Virus record (IMG/VR): IMGVR_UViG_3300035698_012122
Span: 12,686 to 76,685 of that record
Direction: 5' to 3' (one strand)
DNA from: a virus
Length of the DNA: 64,000 nucleotides
Shown here: piece by piece, positions 9,598 through 18,185 of the stretch
Layout of the letters: the number at the start of each line of letters is the position of its first letter
Numbering within the stretch: the stretch's first letter is position 1
Program-made: the position numbers and the translations under genes
The notes under the pieces: generated by a model
What the model saw: only the letters and a program-made list of their open reading frames with translations
The model's database searches: none
What the model was told of the DNA's origin: nothing

Positions 9598-9643
9598 ATT
9601 TATAATGGGCCTTAGCTAAAACCTTTGGCCCCGTTATAAAAAA
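9598..9643. terminator. Long inverted repeat after tail tube gene (terminator or RNA-processing stem)
   Basis: TTTTATAATGGGCC ... GGCCCCGTTATAAAA. No U-tract on the + strand. Confidence 0.5.
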
Positions 9644-9659
9644 TCGTTAAGGTAAACCA

Positions 9660-10349
9660 ATGGCATTAATCCCATCATTCATTCCGGGCCATGAAGAAAT
9701 AAATGGTGCTATAAATAGTTTCTTTGGAAATGATTCTATAGATGTAATTAGATCAATAGATTATGATGTAAAATATTTATGGGCCATTAGAATGGTTTCT
9801 GGTACACCACCAAAACCTTTTGATACATTCTTTCCAGCACAAGATGTAACAGTTCCTATGGCTATCTCAGAGAGTGAGACAATCGAATACGCACAGACTT
9901 CAATGCAAGTTCCAATTAAAACTACTGGAAAAGAAATATCTATTACTTTTTATGATAATGATAAAAGATCATTGCTGTACTGGTTAGCAGATTGGATAAA
10001 TATTGATATTCAAAACGGTGGTAAATTTATGTCTGGAATTGCAGATGACCACAACATTGTAGAGGGTTACACCAGAGCTGTAGACATTTCTGGTCTAGGT
10101 ACTAGTAATAGTAAAGTTAAGCCTGTACGCACCATAGAATTAACTTTATTGTCAAAATACAAAAAGACAGATAAAACAATTATGTACGATGTTTTTCCAG
10201 TAGGTGAATTACCATGGGGTGGGGATCAAAGTTCTGAAGCTCAAACTTATACAATGAGGTTTGCAATAGTTAAAGAATATGAAACTGCTAGTGATAATTC
10301 AACTAGTTTTTTGGATATAGCAAAGGACATTTTAGGCAAGCTATTTTAA
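9660..10349 (+). CDS. Tube-like baseplate tail-tube initiator (gp54/gp48-like)
   Basis: Tube-fold paralogue motifs (VTVP, ISITFYD, WLADW, YDVFP) immediately after the tube gene. Confidence 0.6.
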   Translation: MALIPSFIPGHEEINGAINSFFGNDSIDVIRSIDYDVKYLWAIRMVSGTPPKPFDTFFPAQDVTVPMAISESETIEYAQTSMQVPIKTTGKEISITFYDNDKRSLLYWLADWINIDIQNGGKFMSGIADDHNIVEGYTRAVDISGLGTSNSKVKPVRTIELTLLSKYKKTDKTIMYDVFPVGELPWGGDQSSEAQTYTMRFAIVKEYETASDNSTSFLDIAKDILGKLF

Positions 10350-10377
10350 TCGTTAAATAAGGAATAAGGAAACAATC

Positions 10378-11223
10378 ATGGAAAATGAATTACCGTTAAC
10401 ATTAATACCGATGGAAAAGTTACCCTCAAAAGGTATGGCTTATCCAGAAGGTGTAAAAATTGAATACCGTACCTATACGTTCGGTGAAACCAAAATGGAA
10501 TCAGCTAGTTCTGGTTCATCAATACGAGCTGTAAAAAGGGCATTAAATTGCATAACGACTACAGGAATGGAACGTGGTAATCTAACAGTACTAGATTTAT
10601 TTTATCTTGGTGTTTTGATTAAAATGTCTTCAGAAGGTGCAAGTGAATTTCATATGCCTTATATGTGTTGGAAATGTGCTCATGAAGGTGAACATAAATT
10701 TTCACAAAAAGATTTAGATTTTAAAGATATGGATGCGTCAATTGAATCACTACCAATGAAAGTAAAAATGAGTGATGATACTGTTTTAGAATTTTCTCCA
10801 ATGACCGTTCAACAATATATAGATTTATACTCTGGAAAATTCAATGCAGTATTCCCAAAGAATAAACCAGATGATGTTGCACCAGTAGCAACATTAGTTA
10901 AAAATTTAGGTGGTTATGCTAGTTCGTATAAATATCTAACGAGTATGACAAATGCAGAAGATGGTGAGCTAGTTAACGAAATAGATAAAATGCTCATGCA
11001 TCAGATAAAGCCATTAGCCCTTAAGTGTTCCAACACACTAGAAAATGAATCAGTATGTAATGCTGAATTGTTTCTTAAATTGGAAGGGAAGGAAGCTTTG
11101 CTAAAGCCGTTTCATGGACGAGAGACACCTATTAAATCTCGAATTTACTATGGCAATGCACCTGAACATAACACCAAGAGAGTTAGGCCAAATGGAGTTT
11201 CTGCAAGTAGTGGAGCTGAATAA
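10378..11223 (+). CDS. Baseplate hub assembly chaperone (T4 gp26-like)
   Basis: LPSKGMAYP, YRTYTFGE, LTVLDLFYL, CWKC zinc motif. Precedes tape measure gene. Confidence 0.75.
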   Translation: MENELPLTLIPMEKLPSKGMAYPEGVKIEYRTYTFGETKMESASSGSSIRAVKRALNCITTTGMERGNLTVLDLFYLGVLIKMSSEGASEFHMPYMCWKCAHEGEHKFSQKDLDFKDMDASIESLPMKVKMSDDTVLEFSPMTVQQYIDLYSGKFNAVFPKNKPDDVAPVATLVKNLGGYASSYKYLTSMTNAEDGELVNEIDKMLMHQIKPLALKCSNTLENESVCNAELFLKLEGKEALLKPFHGRETPIKSRIYYGNAPEHNTKRVRPNGVSASSGAE

Positions 11224-11260
11224 AAGAGTAGTAGAATATTTTAAAGAAGATAAGAAATAG
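11114..11260 (+). CDS. Small gp51-like hub assembly / tail chaperone protein (48 aa, not in ORF track)
   Basis: +1 frame overlapping the gp26-like 3' end reads MDERHLLNLEFTMAMHLNITPRELGQMEFLQVVELNKRVVEYFKEDKK* and ends just before the tape measure RBS. Confidence 0.65.
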   Translation: MDERHLLNLEFTMAMHLNITPRELGQMEFLQVVELNKRVVEYFKEDKK

Positions 11261-11274
11261 CACCAAGGATGGTA

Positions 11275-13221
11275 ATGGCAACAGTTACTTCAGATACAAG
11301 TATAATGGACATCTTAGGCGGTGGTGCTTCTTCTCAACATTTTGAGTTGATGGAAGAGAGTAATGACCTAGCACGAGAAGAACTAAAGAGACATGAAGCA
11401 GTAGCTAATGAAATGGCTTTGATGTCCACTAATGCTGGAAATTTTAAAGAGTCACTTCAATCCACATATATCCAAGCAACTACAAAATTACATGATGGGA
11501 TAGTTAATCCACTTAAACAGATTCGTAGTGAAGCTACAGCATCATATAATACGCTTACTAGTTCTGTTCATGAAATGGGAATGGGTGTAACCGAAAAACT
11601 TTCAGATGTTAAGGAAGGTTTTAAAACTGGACTATCAAATGTTAAAGAAGGTTTTTCATCTAGCGTATTAGATTTAAAAACTGGTTTCACCGATGCGGTT
11701 ACATCTACTAATGAATTTTTAGATGGAATGTCTGTAAAGATGGAAGCATTTAGCAATCTACCAACAGAACAAAAACTATTACTAGCTGGTCAAACAATTG
11801 CAGATGGTGTTGTTTCATCCTTTAATGCATCATCAGAAATTCTAAGTGCTGGAATGGAATCATTAGGAACTGGTATTACAGCAGTTGGTGGTTTTGTTAA
11901 ATCATCTGCTGGATATTTAAAAGGCCTATTTCAAAAATCTGAAGAAGGTGAAGATGTTGGTGGAACTTCTGGTGCTGGTGCAGATAGTAAAAATTCAAAA
12001 GAAGATGATAGTACTTCTGGTGGTGGAATTGGTTCACTACTTGGAAAACTAATGCCTAAAGGTCTTTTAAAGATGTTTGGTAAAACTGGTAAGGTACTTG
12101 GAAAACTTGGTAGGTTTGCTGGAAAATTAGCTCTACCATTAGTTGCAATCATGAGTATATTTGATTTCGTAGGCGGTGTTCAAAATGCTTCAGAAATAAT
12201 AGGTAAACCAGAAGATCAATTATCAAATTTAGAAAAAGCTGGTGCTGGATTAGCTGGTGTTGTTTCAGGACTGACACTTGGTTTTGTAGACGCTAGTACT
12301 ATTTATTCTGAAGGTGCTCAAATAATAGATTCTGTTAGCGGTTTTGCTTCAGACATATTTAATAGTTTACCATCAGGTGTTCAAGATGGATTAACAAAAG
12401 TATCAGATGTTTTATTCAGTTCTGAAACTGGTATCTTCTCATCTATTGGTAGAATCTTTTCTGAAAACATTGATGCAATTGCAGATGGTGATTATGGAAC
12501 ATTATTATTAAATGTTTTAACTCTACCTTTACAAGCACTTTTTAGTAGTGATGGGATAATAGCAAATACATTTAATAGTGTTATGGAACTTCTACCTAAT
12601 TCATTCAAAGATTCTATTGGTGGTTTTGTAGATACTATAATGGGGTGGTTTGATAAAATTAAAACCATGGCATCAGATTTAATTCCAGATTCATTAAAGA
12701 GTTTAATAGATGGAACGCTTACTTCTGATATTGGTAAAAAAGTATCTGGAACTTTAGGTAAAGGTGTTGATTCTGTAAAAGGTTTCTTTGGCTTTGGTGG
12801 AGATAAAGAAGAAGAAGTATCTGATACAAAAATAAAAGAACGTAAATCTATAAACGAATTTGCAGATAAAAAAGCAATTGATAAAGACACTACAAGTAGA
12901 AAAATAAAATCAGCTAGTTCTTCAGCAATAGTAGTTAGATCAAGTGAGCAATCTGGAAACCAAATAAGTGAGAAAAAAGCAAGGGCAAAAACAGTTACTA
13001 GAAATAGTAGGGTAAATGCTAAAGCAAAAAATATTAAAGATTCCGATACTGCTACTAAGCGGTCTAAAGAACAGATGAATAAGAAACAGGATATTCAACC
13101 TGTTATTATACAATCACCAGCACCAGCTCAAAAAAGCAGTGGTAGCGGTAAACAACTAAACACCAGTACAACTATTGGTGATACTGAATTAGCAGTTATG
13201 AACTCTAATATGATGGATTAA
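11275..13221 (+). CDS. Tape measure protein (putative)
   Basis: About 650 aa, helical, G/A/S-rich with 11-residue periodic repeats (LSDVKEGFKTG/LSNVKEGFSSS/VLDLKTGFTDA) and amphipathic central segments. Follows hub chaperones. ATG 11275 fits the AAGGA RBS better than 11269. Confidence 0.75.
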   Translation: MATVTSDTSIMDILGGGASSQHFELMEESNDLAREELKRHEAVANEMALMSTNAGNFKESLQSTYIQATTKLHDGIVNPLKQIRSEATASYNTLTSSVHEMGMGVTEKLSDVKEGFKTGLSNVKEGFSSSVLDLKTGFTDAVTSTNEFLDGMSVKMEAFSNLPTEQKLLLAGQTIADGVVSSFNASSEILSAGMESLGTGITAVGGFVKSSAGYLKGLFQKSEEGEDVGGTSGAGADSKNSKEDDSTSGGGIGSLLGKLMPKGLLKMFGKTGKVLGKLGRFAGKLALPLVAIMSIFDFVGGVQNASEIIGKPEDQLSNLEKAGAGLAGVVSGLTLGFVDASTIYSEGAQIIDSVSGFASDIFNSLPSGVQDGLTKVSDVLFSSETGIFSSIGRIFSENIDAIADGDYGTLLLNVLTLPLQALFSSDGIIANTFNSVMELLPNSFKDSIGGFVDTIMGWFDKIKTMASDLIPDSLKSLIDGTLTSDIGKKVSGTLGKGVDSVKGFFGFGGDKEEEVSDTKIKERKSINEFADKKAIDKDTTSRKIKSASSSAIVVRSSEQSGNQISEKKARAKTVTRNSRVNAKAKNIKDSDTATKRSKEQMNKKQDIQPVIIQSPAPAQKSSGSGKQLNTSTTIGDTELAVMNSNMMD

Positions 13222-13223
13222 TT

Positions 13224-13979
13224 ATGGCCTTTAAAATAAATTCACAAGGTACAGCAGAATTACAAGCTAATGAACTTTATAAGTTTCTAATAGCTGGTTC
13301 TGGAATAGCAGTTGAAGGACAAATGCAAAATCAATTATCAATTGGTGGAGCAAATGGATTTACAGATGTTGCAAGTGTTTTATCCGAACTAGCAGATGTT
13401 GCTGGTGGAGTATCAAAAACTTTAGGTGCTGTTATTGGTCTAGCGAAGGCCGCGAAACAAGGTTTAAATGCAGTTAATCAAGCATCATCACGTTCTAAAA
13501 TAACAGACTTTGAATCTCGTTTAATATGGGAATCATCTGAAAAACCACAGTTCGTAATTGAATATACTTTTTATAATGAATCACAATCACAAGCTGAAAG
13601 TTCAAAGGGTGCTTTATCTCAAGCACTAGCATTGCAAAGGGCGGTTCTACCATCAAAAGGTTTACCAGCAAAAGGAAGGCCCGGTGTTTTCTTTAAATCA
13701 CCACTTGGATATAAACCAAAAACTGGTGGTAACAAAGTAGCTCAAGGAACTTTAACACTTTCAATTGGTAGATGGTTTAGAGCTTCAGACTTAGTTGTTA
13801 AATCAACAAACTTTACACCTTCAGTTCAAGTTATGGGTAACGGTCATCCAGTTCTAGTGAAAGGTTCAATTACTTTAGAACCATCAGAATTAATTACATA
13901 CGAAACATTTAAAGGTTATTTTAGAAATGTAACTACAAATTCTGCTAACAGTGGGAATACAATTTTAGGAAGCTTATAA
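13224..13979 (+). CDS. Baseplate tube-cap / initiator-like protein
   Basis: 251 aa with WESSEKPQF, LSIGRWF, GHPVLVKGSITL pattern typical of gp48/P2 gpU-like proteins. Lies between tape measure and LysM genes. Confidence 0.55.
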   Translation: MAFKINSQGTAELQANELYKFLIAGSGIAVEGQMQNQLSIGGANGFTDVASVLSELADVAGGVSKTLGAVIGLAKAAKQGLNAVNQASSRSKITDFESRLIWESSEKPQFVIEYTFYNESQSQAESSKGALSQALALQRAVLPSKGLPAKGRPGVFFKSPLGYKPKTGGNKVAQGTLTLSIGRWFRASDLVVKSTNFTPSVQVMGNGHPVLVKGSITLEPSELITYETFKGYFRNVTTNSANSGNTILGSL

Positions 13980-14338
13980 TGGCAAACGATAAAGAATTTT
14001 TTATTAATACAGATATAAAAACAGAGAAAAGATATGATCTAGCAAAGTTCTTAGAACAAGGTGCAGATAGTTTTGACCCTTTAACATCTTCTCTATTAGA
14101 TAGGGTGGATAAATTAGAGCTAGGTGGTTACTACACTGTTCAAGGTGAAGATGGGATGCCATGGCTACTATCTGAAAGGCTTTATGGAGATAACCAATAC
14201 TGGTGGATTATTATGCTCTATAACGGTTTTGCTGGTATAGAAGACATAACAAACGGTGAAAATATAAAGTACCCATCTATAAATGCAATCCAAGATGAAT
14301 ACTTCACGTTAAAAACTCGTGAAAGGACAAGCGAATAA
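13979..14338 (+). CDS. gp53: Baseplate wedge LysM-like protein (T4 gp53-like)
   Basis: YTVQGEDGMPWLLSERLYGDNQYWWIIMLYNG ... GENIKYPS signature. Confidence 0.85.
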   Translation: MANDKEFFINTDIKTEKRYDLAKFLEQGADSFDPLTSSLLDRVDKLELGGYYTVQGEDGMPWLLSERLYGDNQYWWIIMLYNGFAGIEDITNGENIKYPSINAIQDEYFTLKTRERTSE

Positions 14339-15489
14339 TGTTGTTCGGTAAAGAAGGTCAATATGTATGTTCTATAAATATTGAAGGCATTGATGCTGAA
14401 TTTATGGAACATGATGACTTAGAAATTCTAAAGATAGTTGAAGAAGCTGGAAATGTTTTACCAACTTTTGCATTGTCATTTACAACTTACTTAGAAGATG
14501 TAATGTCAAAAATGAATGATGGTGCAATAATTAAAGTATCAATGGGTGTTGATATTGAAAACATGGAAGACTATGAACTATCAGTATCTAAATTTAGTTC
14601 TGAAGTAGTTGGCAATACAAATGTTAAAATTTCATGTATCGGTTTTGCATCAAAAATAAATTTCATTACAGACCAACCATTACAAATAACTGCTGAAAAA
14701 TCTGGTATTGAAGTAGCTATTGAAACAGCATCTAAGAATTTCAAAGTAGATTCCAACATCACAAAATCTAAAGATAAAATGAAATGGATTCAATACTCAG
14801 TAACAGATAAGAAGTTTGTATCAGATTGCTTACTTCACAGTGAGATTACAGATTCATTTATTGCTTCAGCTATTACAGCTAGTGGTAAATATATTATTAG
14901 GGATGTTAAGAAGTATGTTAAATCTTTGAAAGGTTCTTATGATTGGAAGTTTACAAAAGACAATGATGGAAAACCAAATAGTATTATAATTGAAGGTGGA
15001 TTAAATATTAGTTCACGTTCTGGTTTTATAAACAATTGGACTGGATATAAAAAGATAGCTAATGGAATTAATATAAAGAAAAAAGAAACTACTGATGTGT
15101 TTACTGAAGATACGGAAGTTTTACTTTCATTAGCTTCAGAATTAGATAAGGCCAAAACAATTACAGATAGATTCTCTGGTACTAGGATTTTATCAGATAA
15201 TGTTCATGAAACTTATTGGGAATGTTATGAAAAGAATCTAAAGGGATTGGCCTCTTTATCTAGGATGGGAATACCAGTTAGCTTCTCAAATGAGTTTAGA
15301 AGTGTAGAACCACTGCAAATTGCAATGTATTCACAACCATCTACAAATAATGAAGATGAAGCTAGTGAATATGTAACAGGTCTGTATATAATATCTAACG
15401 TAACAAAAACAATACAAGCTAATATGTTCAACATTACTTGCATCTTAAATAGAGAAGCTTTAAATGTTGTAGACAATGAAGGGGTATAA
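14338..15489 (+). CDS. Baseplate hub protein (gp27 / P2 gpD-like)
   Basis: 383 aa with C-terminal YVTGLYIISNVTKTI...ILNRE motif. Lies between gp53-like and spike genes. Confidence 0.7.
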   Translation: MLFGKEGQYVCSINIEGIDAEFMEHDDLEILKIVEEAGNVLPTFALSFTTYLEDVMSKMNDGAIIKVSMGVDIENMEDYELSVSKFSSEVVGNTNVKISCIGFASKINFITDQPLQITAEKSGIEVAIETASKNFKVDSNITKSKDKMKWIQYSVTDKKFVSDCLLHSEITDSFIASAITASGKYIIRDVKKYVKSLKGSYDWKFTKDNDGKPNSIIIEGGLNISSRSGFINNWTGYKKIANGINIKKKETTDVFTEDTEVLLSLASELDKAKTITDRFSGTRILSDNVHETYWECYEKNLKGLASLSRMGIPVSFSNEFRSVEPLQIAMYSQPSTNNEDEASEYVTGLYIISNVTKTIQANMFNITCILNREALNVVDNEGV

Positions 15490-15490
15490 A

Positions 15491-15961
15491 TTGAAATCAA
15501 TTAACGAAGCAATGAAGGAATTTGAAACTAAAGATAAAGATATTAGTATTTTTGAAGCTAAAGAATTTGATTATGATAAGTTCCAAAAGACTTTAGAAAA
15601 ACTACAAGGCAACGCTAAAAAAGCTGAAGAAAACTATACAGATTATTCTTCAGGTGAACAAAGTAAAATACAGGATGCACATTGGGCCAACCAAGACCTA
15701 ATGCTTAAATTCAAAGACAAACTAGGCAAACAAGCTAGAAAACGTAATGATGCTGGTGAAGATCAAAAAGAAATAATGTCAGATTTAAATTCCAAATTTG
15801 CAGACTATGTTAAGAAGATTGGTTTTGCAGATTCTAAAAAAGCATATCATGATGCTGATGTTGTATGGAAGAAATTTCTAACAGCTATGGAAAATGCTAG
15901 AAAAGAATTACGTGACCATGAAGGTACAAAGCCAATGAAAATAAGCGGTTTCGGAAACTAA
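15491..15961 (+). CDS. Helical protein with leader (M)KSINEAMKEF (candidate internal head protein 3)
   Basis: TTG start at 15491 behind AAGGGG RBS. 25 bp identical to the leader of the gene at 18186. Confidence 0.7.
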   Translation: MKSINEAMKEFETKDKDISIFEAKEFDYDKFQKTLEKLQGNAKKAEENYTDYSSGEQSKIQDAHWANQDLMLKFKDKLGKQARKRNDAGEDQKEIMSDLNSKFADYVKKIGFADSKKAYHDADVVWKKFLTAMENARKELRDHEGTKPMKISGFGN

Positions 15962-15970
15962 AGGAGATAT

Positions 15971-16576
15971 ATGAAAACTTTAACAGAACAATTAAAATTA
16001 GAACTAGGTGAAGAAAAAAGCATCAAAAACAACGGATATAAATACAGTCCGATAAAGTTAAAGGATGCACTTAAAAAACCAAACTCTAAAGATTTAGGTG
16101 CAGAAGCATCTAAGCATGATGAAAAAGATATTGAGGTTTATTGGATTGAAGATGAATCACTATTAGATAATGTAAAAAACAAAGGTAATCTTCTTTGGAT
16201 TATAAAAAGTAAAAAAAGTGAAGGTTCTTTAAACAGTCTAGGTGCTTTACCTAAAAAAGGTGTTGAAAAGAAACCTGTAGTTGAAGCAATGAAAAAAATA
16301 ACTGACAAGATGACTGATGCTATGAAAGACGATAGCAGTATAAGCACCTTAACAGTTTTATTTCTACGAGCTGTTGTTAATAATAAATTCCCTTTAAAGT
16401 TTGATATGGATAAAGGCAATGGAGAAATTACATTTGATTTTGGTGTAGTTCCGTTTTCAATCGGAAACGAAAATGTAAACTTTGAAATTGGTAAGGGTAA
16501 GGTTTCTGCAAAAGGTAATGATGATGCTTTTGCTGTAGTTAAACACCTATTAGAAATTGATAAACTAGCACAATGA
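15971..16576 (+). CDS. Protein with leader MKTLTEQLK (candidate internal head protein 4)
   Basis: AAGGAG RBS. Internal VVEAMKK segment separates two apparent domains. Confidence 0.7.
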   Translation: MKTLTEQLKLELGEEKSIKNNGYKYSPIKLKDALKKPNSKDLGAEASKHDEKDIEVYWIEDESLLDNVKNKGNLLWIIKSKKSEGSLNSLGALPKKGVEKKPVVEAMKKITDKMTDAMKDDSSISTLTVLFLRAVVNNKFPLKFDMDKGNGEITFDFGVVPFSIGNENVNFEIGKGKVSAKGNDDAFAVVKHLLEIDKLAQ

Positions 16577-16592
16577 CCATAAAGGATAAATT

Positions 16593-17042
16593 ATGAAAAA
16601 CATTTCTGAAGCAATGAAAGAATTTAAAACTAATGAAAAACCAGTAAACGAAAAACGTAAAAAGATGAAACAAAAAGAAATGATCGAAGAGTTAAATAGT
16701 TACGGTGGTAGTAATAAGAACATCTTTGTTTTTGACCCTGATTCGGGTAAGTCATTTAGCATTTCTCACATAACAGAAAATGGCCCTAAAACTCTTCAGA
16801 TGAATGTTGATTCGGCATGGTGGGATAAAAACGAATCAGTTGATGAAGCCAAAACAATAAATCCATTATCACAACTAGATAAAGGTTCTAGTACAGTTCT
16901 TTTTGATCTTCTAAAACTTAATGGAATAGAAGACGTAACAGAACTAGGTAAAAATGCAAAAGCTAAGAAGAAACTTTTAGATGATTTAGATTTTGCTAAA
17001 GGTGTGCTTGAAAAGGTTATTAAAGAAGTACACTCACTATAG
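16593..17042 (+). CDS. Protein with leader MKNISEAMKEF (candidate internal head protein 5)
   Basis: AAGGA RBS. Leader similar to 15491 and 18186. Internal NESVDEAK linker. Confidence 0.7.
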   Translation: MKNISEAMKEFKTNEKPVNEKRKKMKQKEMIEELNSYGGSNKNIFVFDPDSGKSFSISHITENGPKTLQMNVDSAWWDKNESVDEAKTINPLSQLDKGSSTVLFDLLKLNGIEDVTELGKNAKAKKKLLDDLDFAKGVLEKVIKEVHSL

Positions 17043-17049
17043 GAATTAA

Positions 17050-17823
17050 ATGTTACTAAAATTTGCAGATCATTTAAAACCATCTAAATCATTGAAAAGA
17101 TTTCATAAAGGAATCGTAGTAGATAATGAAGACCCTGATAAATTGGGAAGAGTTAAATGTACTGTTAGCAGAATGTTTATAGGTGATAAAGCAAATTTAC
17201 CATGGGTTTTTCCAAAGAATGATTCACCAGTAAAATTTGATGTTCCTAAATTAGGTGCAGAACTAATTATCATATTCCCTTTTGAAAATATTTATGCACC
17301 ATTTCATGATGGTTATTGGCATACACTGGACAATCACAATGATTACTTTGATGATGATTATCCTAATACTTCTGGTTTTTTCAAAGAGAATCTAAAAGGT
17401 AAATTTAACGATAAATCCAAAGCTGGTGAAGTAGAACATAGTTCTGGAACTAAAGCAGAACTAGCAGATGATGGAAGCGTAACAGTGGCCATTGCAAAAG
17501 ATTTAGAGTTAACTATTGAAGGCAAATATGCCGTTAATGCTAAAGGTGATATGACCTTTGCAACAGATGCTAAAATAAGTTTTGCTGGTGCTGGTGGATT
17601 GGATTACACAACAGATGGTAATGCAGTTTTTAAAGGTACTGGTGGAACTGATGTAGGTGATGCATCAAGTGCTACAAACGTAAAAGGTTCTGTAGTTAAT
17701 TTAGCTGGTGGTGGTTCGGCAATCGCACTTCTTGGTTCACAATGTATAGGGTCAGGAAATCATGGAGCACCTGTTGTAAGTAATATTGTAGAAGGAAGTA
17801 GTAAGGTGTTTGCACCAAAGTAG
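17050..17823 (+). CDS. Baseplate central spike (gp5/gpV/VgrG-type OB-fold plus beta-helix)
   Basis: GIVVDNEDPDKLGRVK ... LPW ... VPKLGAEL, HSSGT, followed by short beta-repeat region and PAAR-like C-terminus. Confidence 0.88.
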   Translation: MLLKFADHLKPSKSLKRFHKGIVVDNEDPDKLGRVKCTVSRMFIGDKANLPWVFPKNDSPVKFDVPKLGAELIIIFPFENIYAPFHDGYWHTLDNHNDYFDDDYPNTSGFFKENLKGKFNDKSKAGEVEHSSGTKAELADDGSVTVAIAKDLELTIEGKYAVNAKGDMTFATDAKISFAGAGGLDYTTDGNAVFKGTGGTDVGDASSATNVKGSVVNLAGGGSAIALLGSQCIGSGNHGAPVVSNIVEGSSKVFAPK

Positions 17824-17828
17824 GATAG

Positions 17829-18170
17829 ATGAATTTATGTGAATCAATTAACTATGCAATAAACGAAGGTGTAAAAGACTTCATAAAAGAGAAGTTTAAA
17901 ATCAAAGACGATGCCTTTGAAAAAACAGAACCAGATCATTGTGTTAAATCAATTGCTAAAACTAAAGATGGTTGGGTAGGATTTAGTCATAGAGCATACC
18001 ATGAATTTAAAGTTGGTGATAAATTGTTCGATGCTAAATGGGATGATGATGGAAACCTAACTGAAGAAGAAGTTGAGAAACTAAAATTTGTAGAACGTGG
18101 TGCTAAAAAATGTAAAAATCAAGAAGACTGTAAACAAGCATCTGCAAATTTTGCACAATATGTATCATAA
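17829..18170 (+). CDS. Protein with leader MNLCESINYAINEG (candidate internal head protein 6)
   Basis: TAGGA RBS. Body WVGFSHRA...FKVGD...ASANFAQYVS resembles a recurrent uncharacterised large-phage family (recalled from memory). Confidence 0.7.
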   Translation: MNLCESINYAINEGVKDFIKEKFKIKDDAFEKTEPDHCVKSIAKTKDGWVGFSHRAYHEFKVGDKLFDAKWDDDGNLTEEEVEKLKFVERGAKKCKNQEDCKQASANFAQYVS

Positions 18171-18185
18171 CCATAAGGGGTAAAT

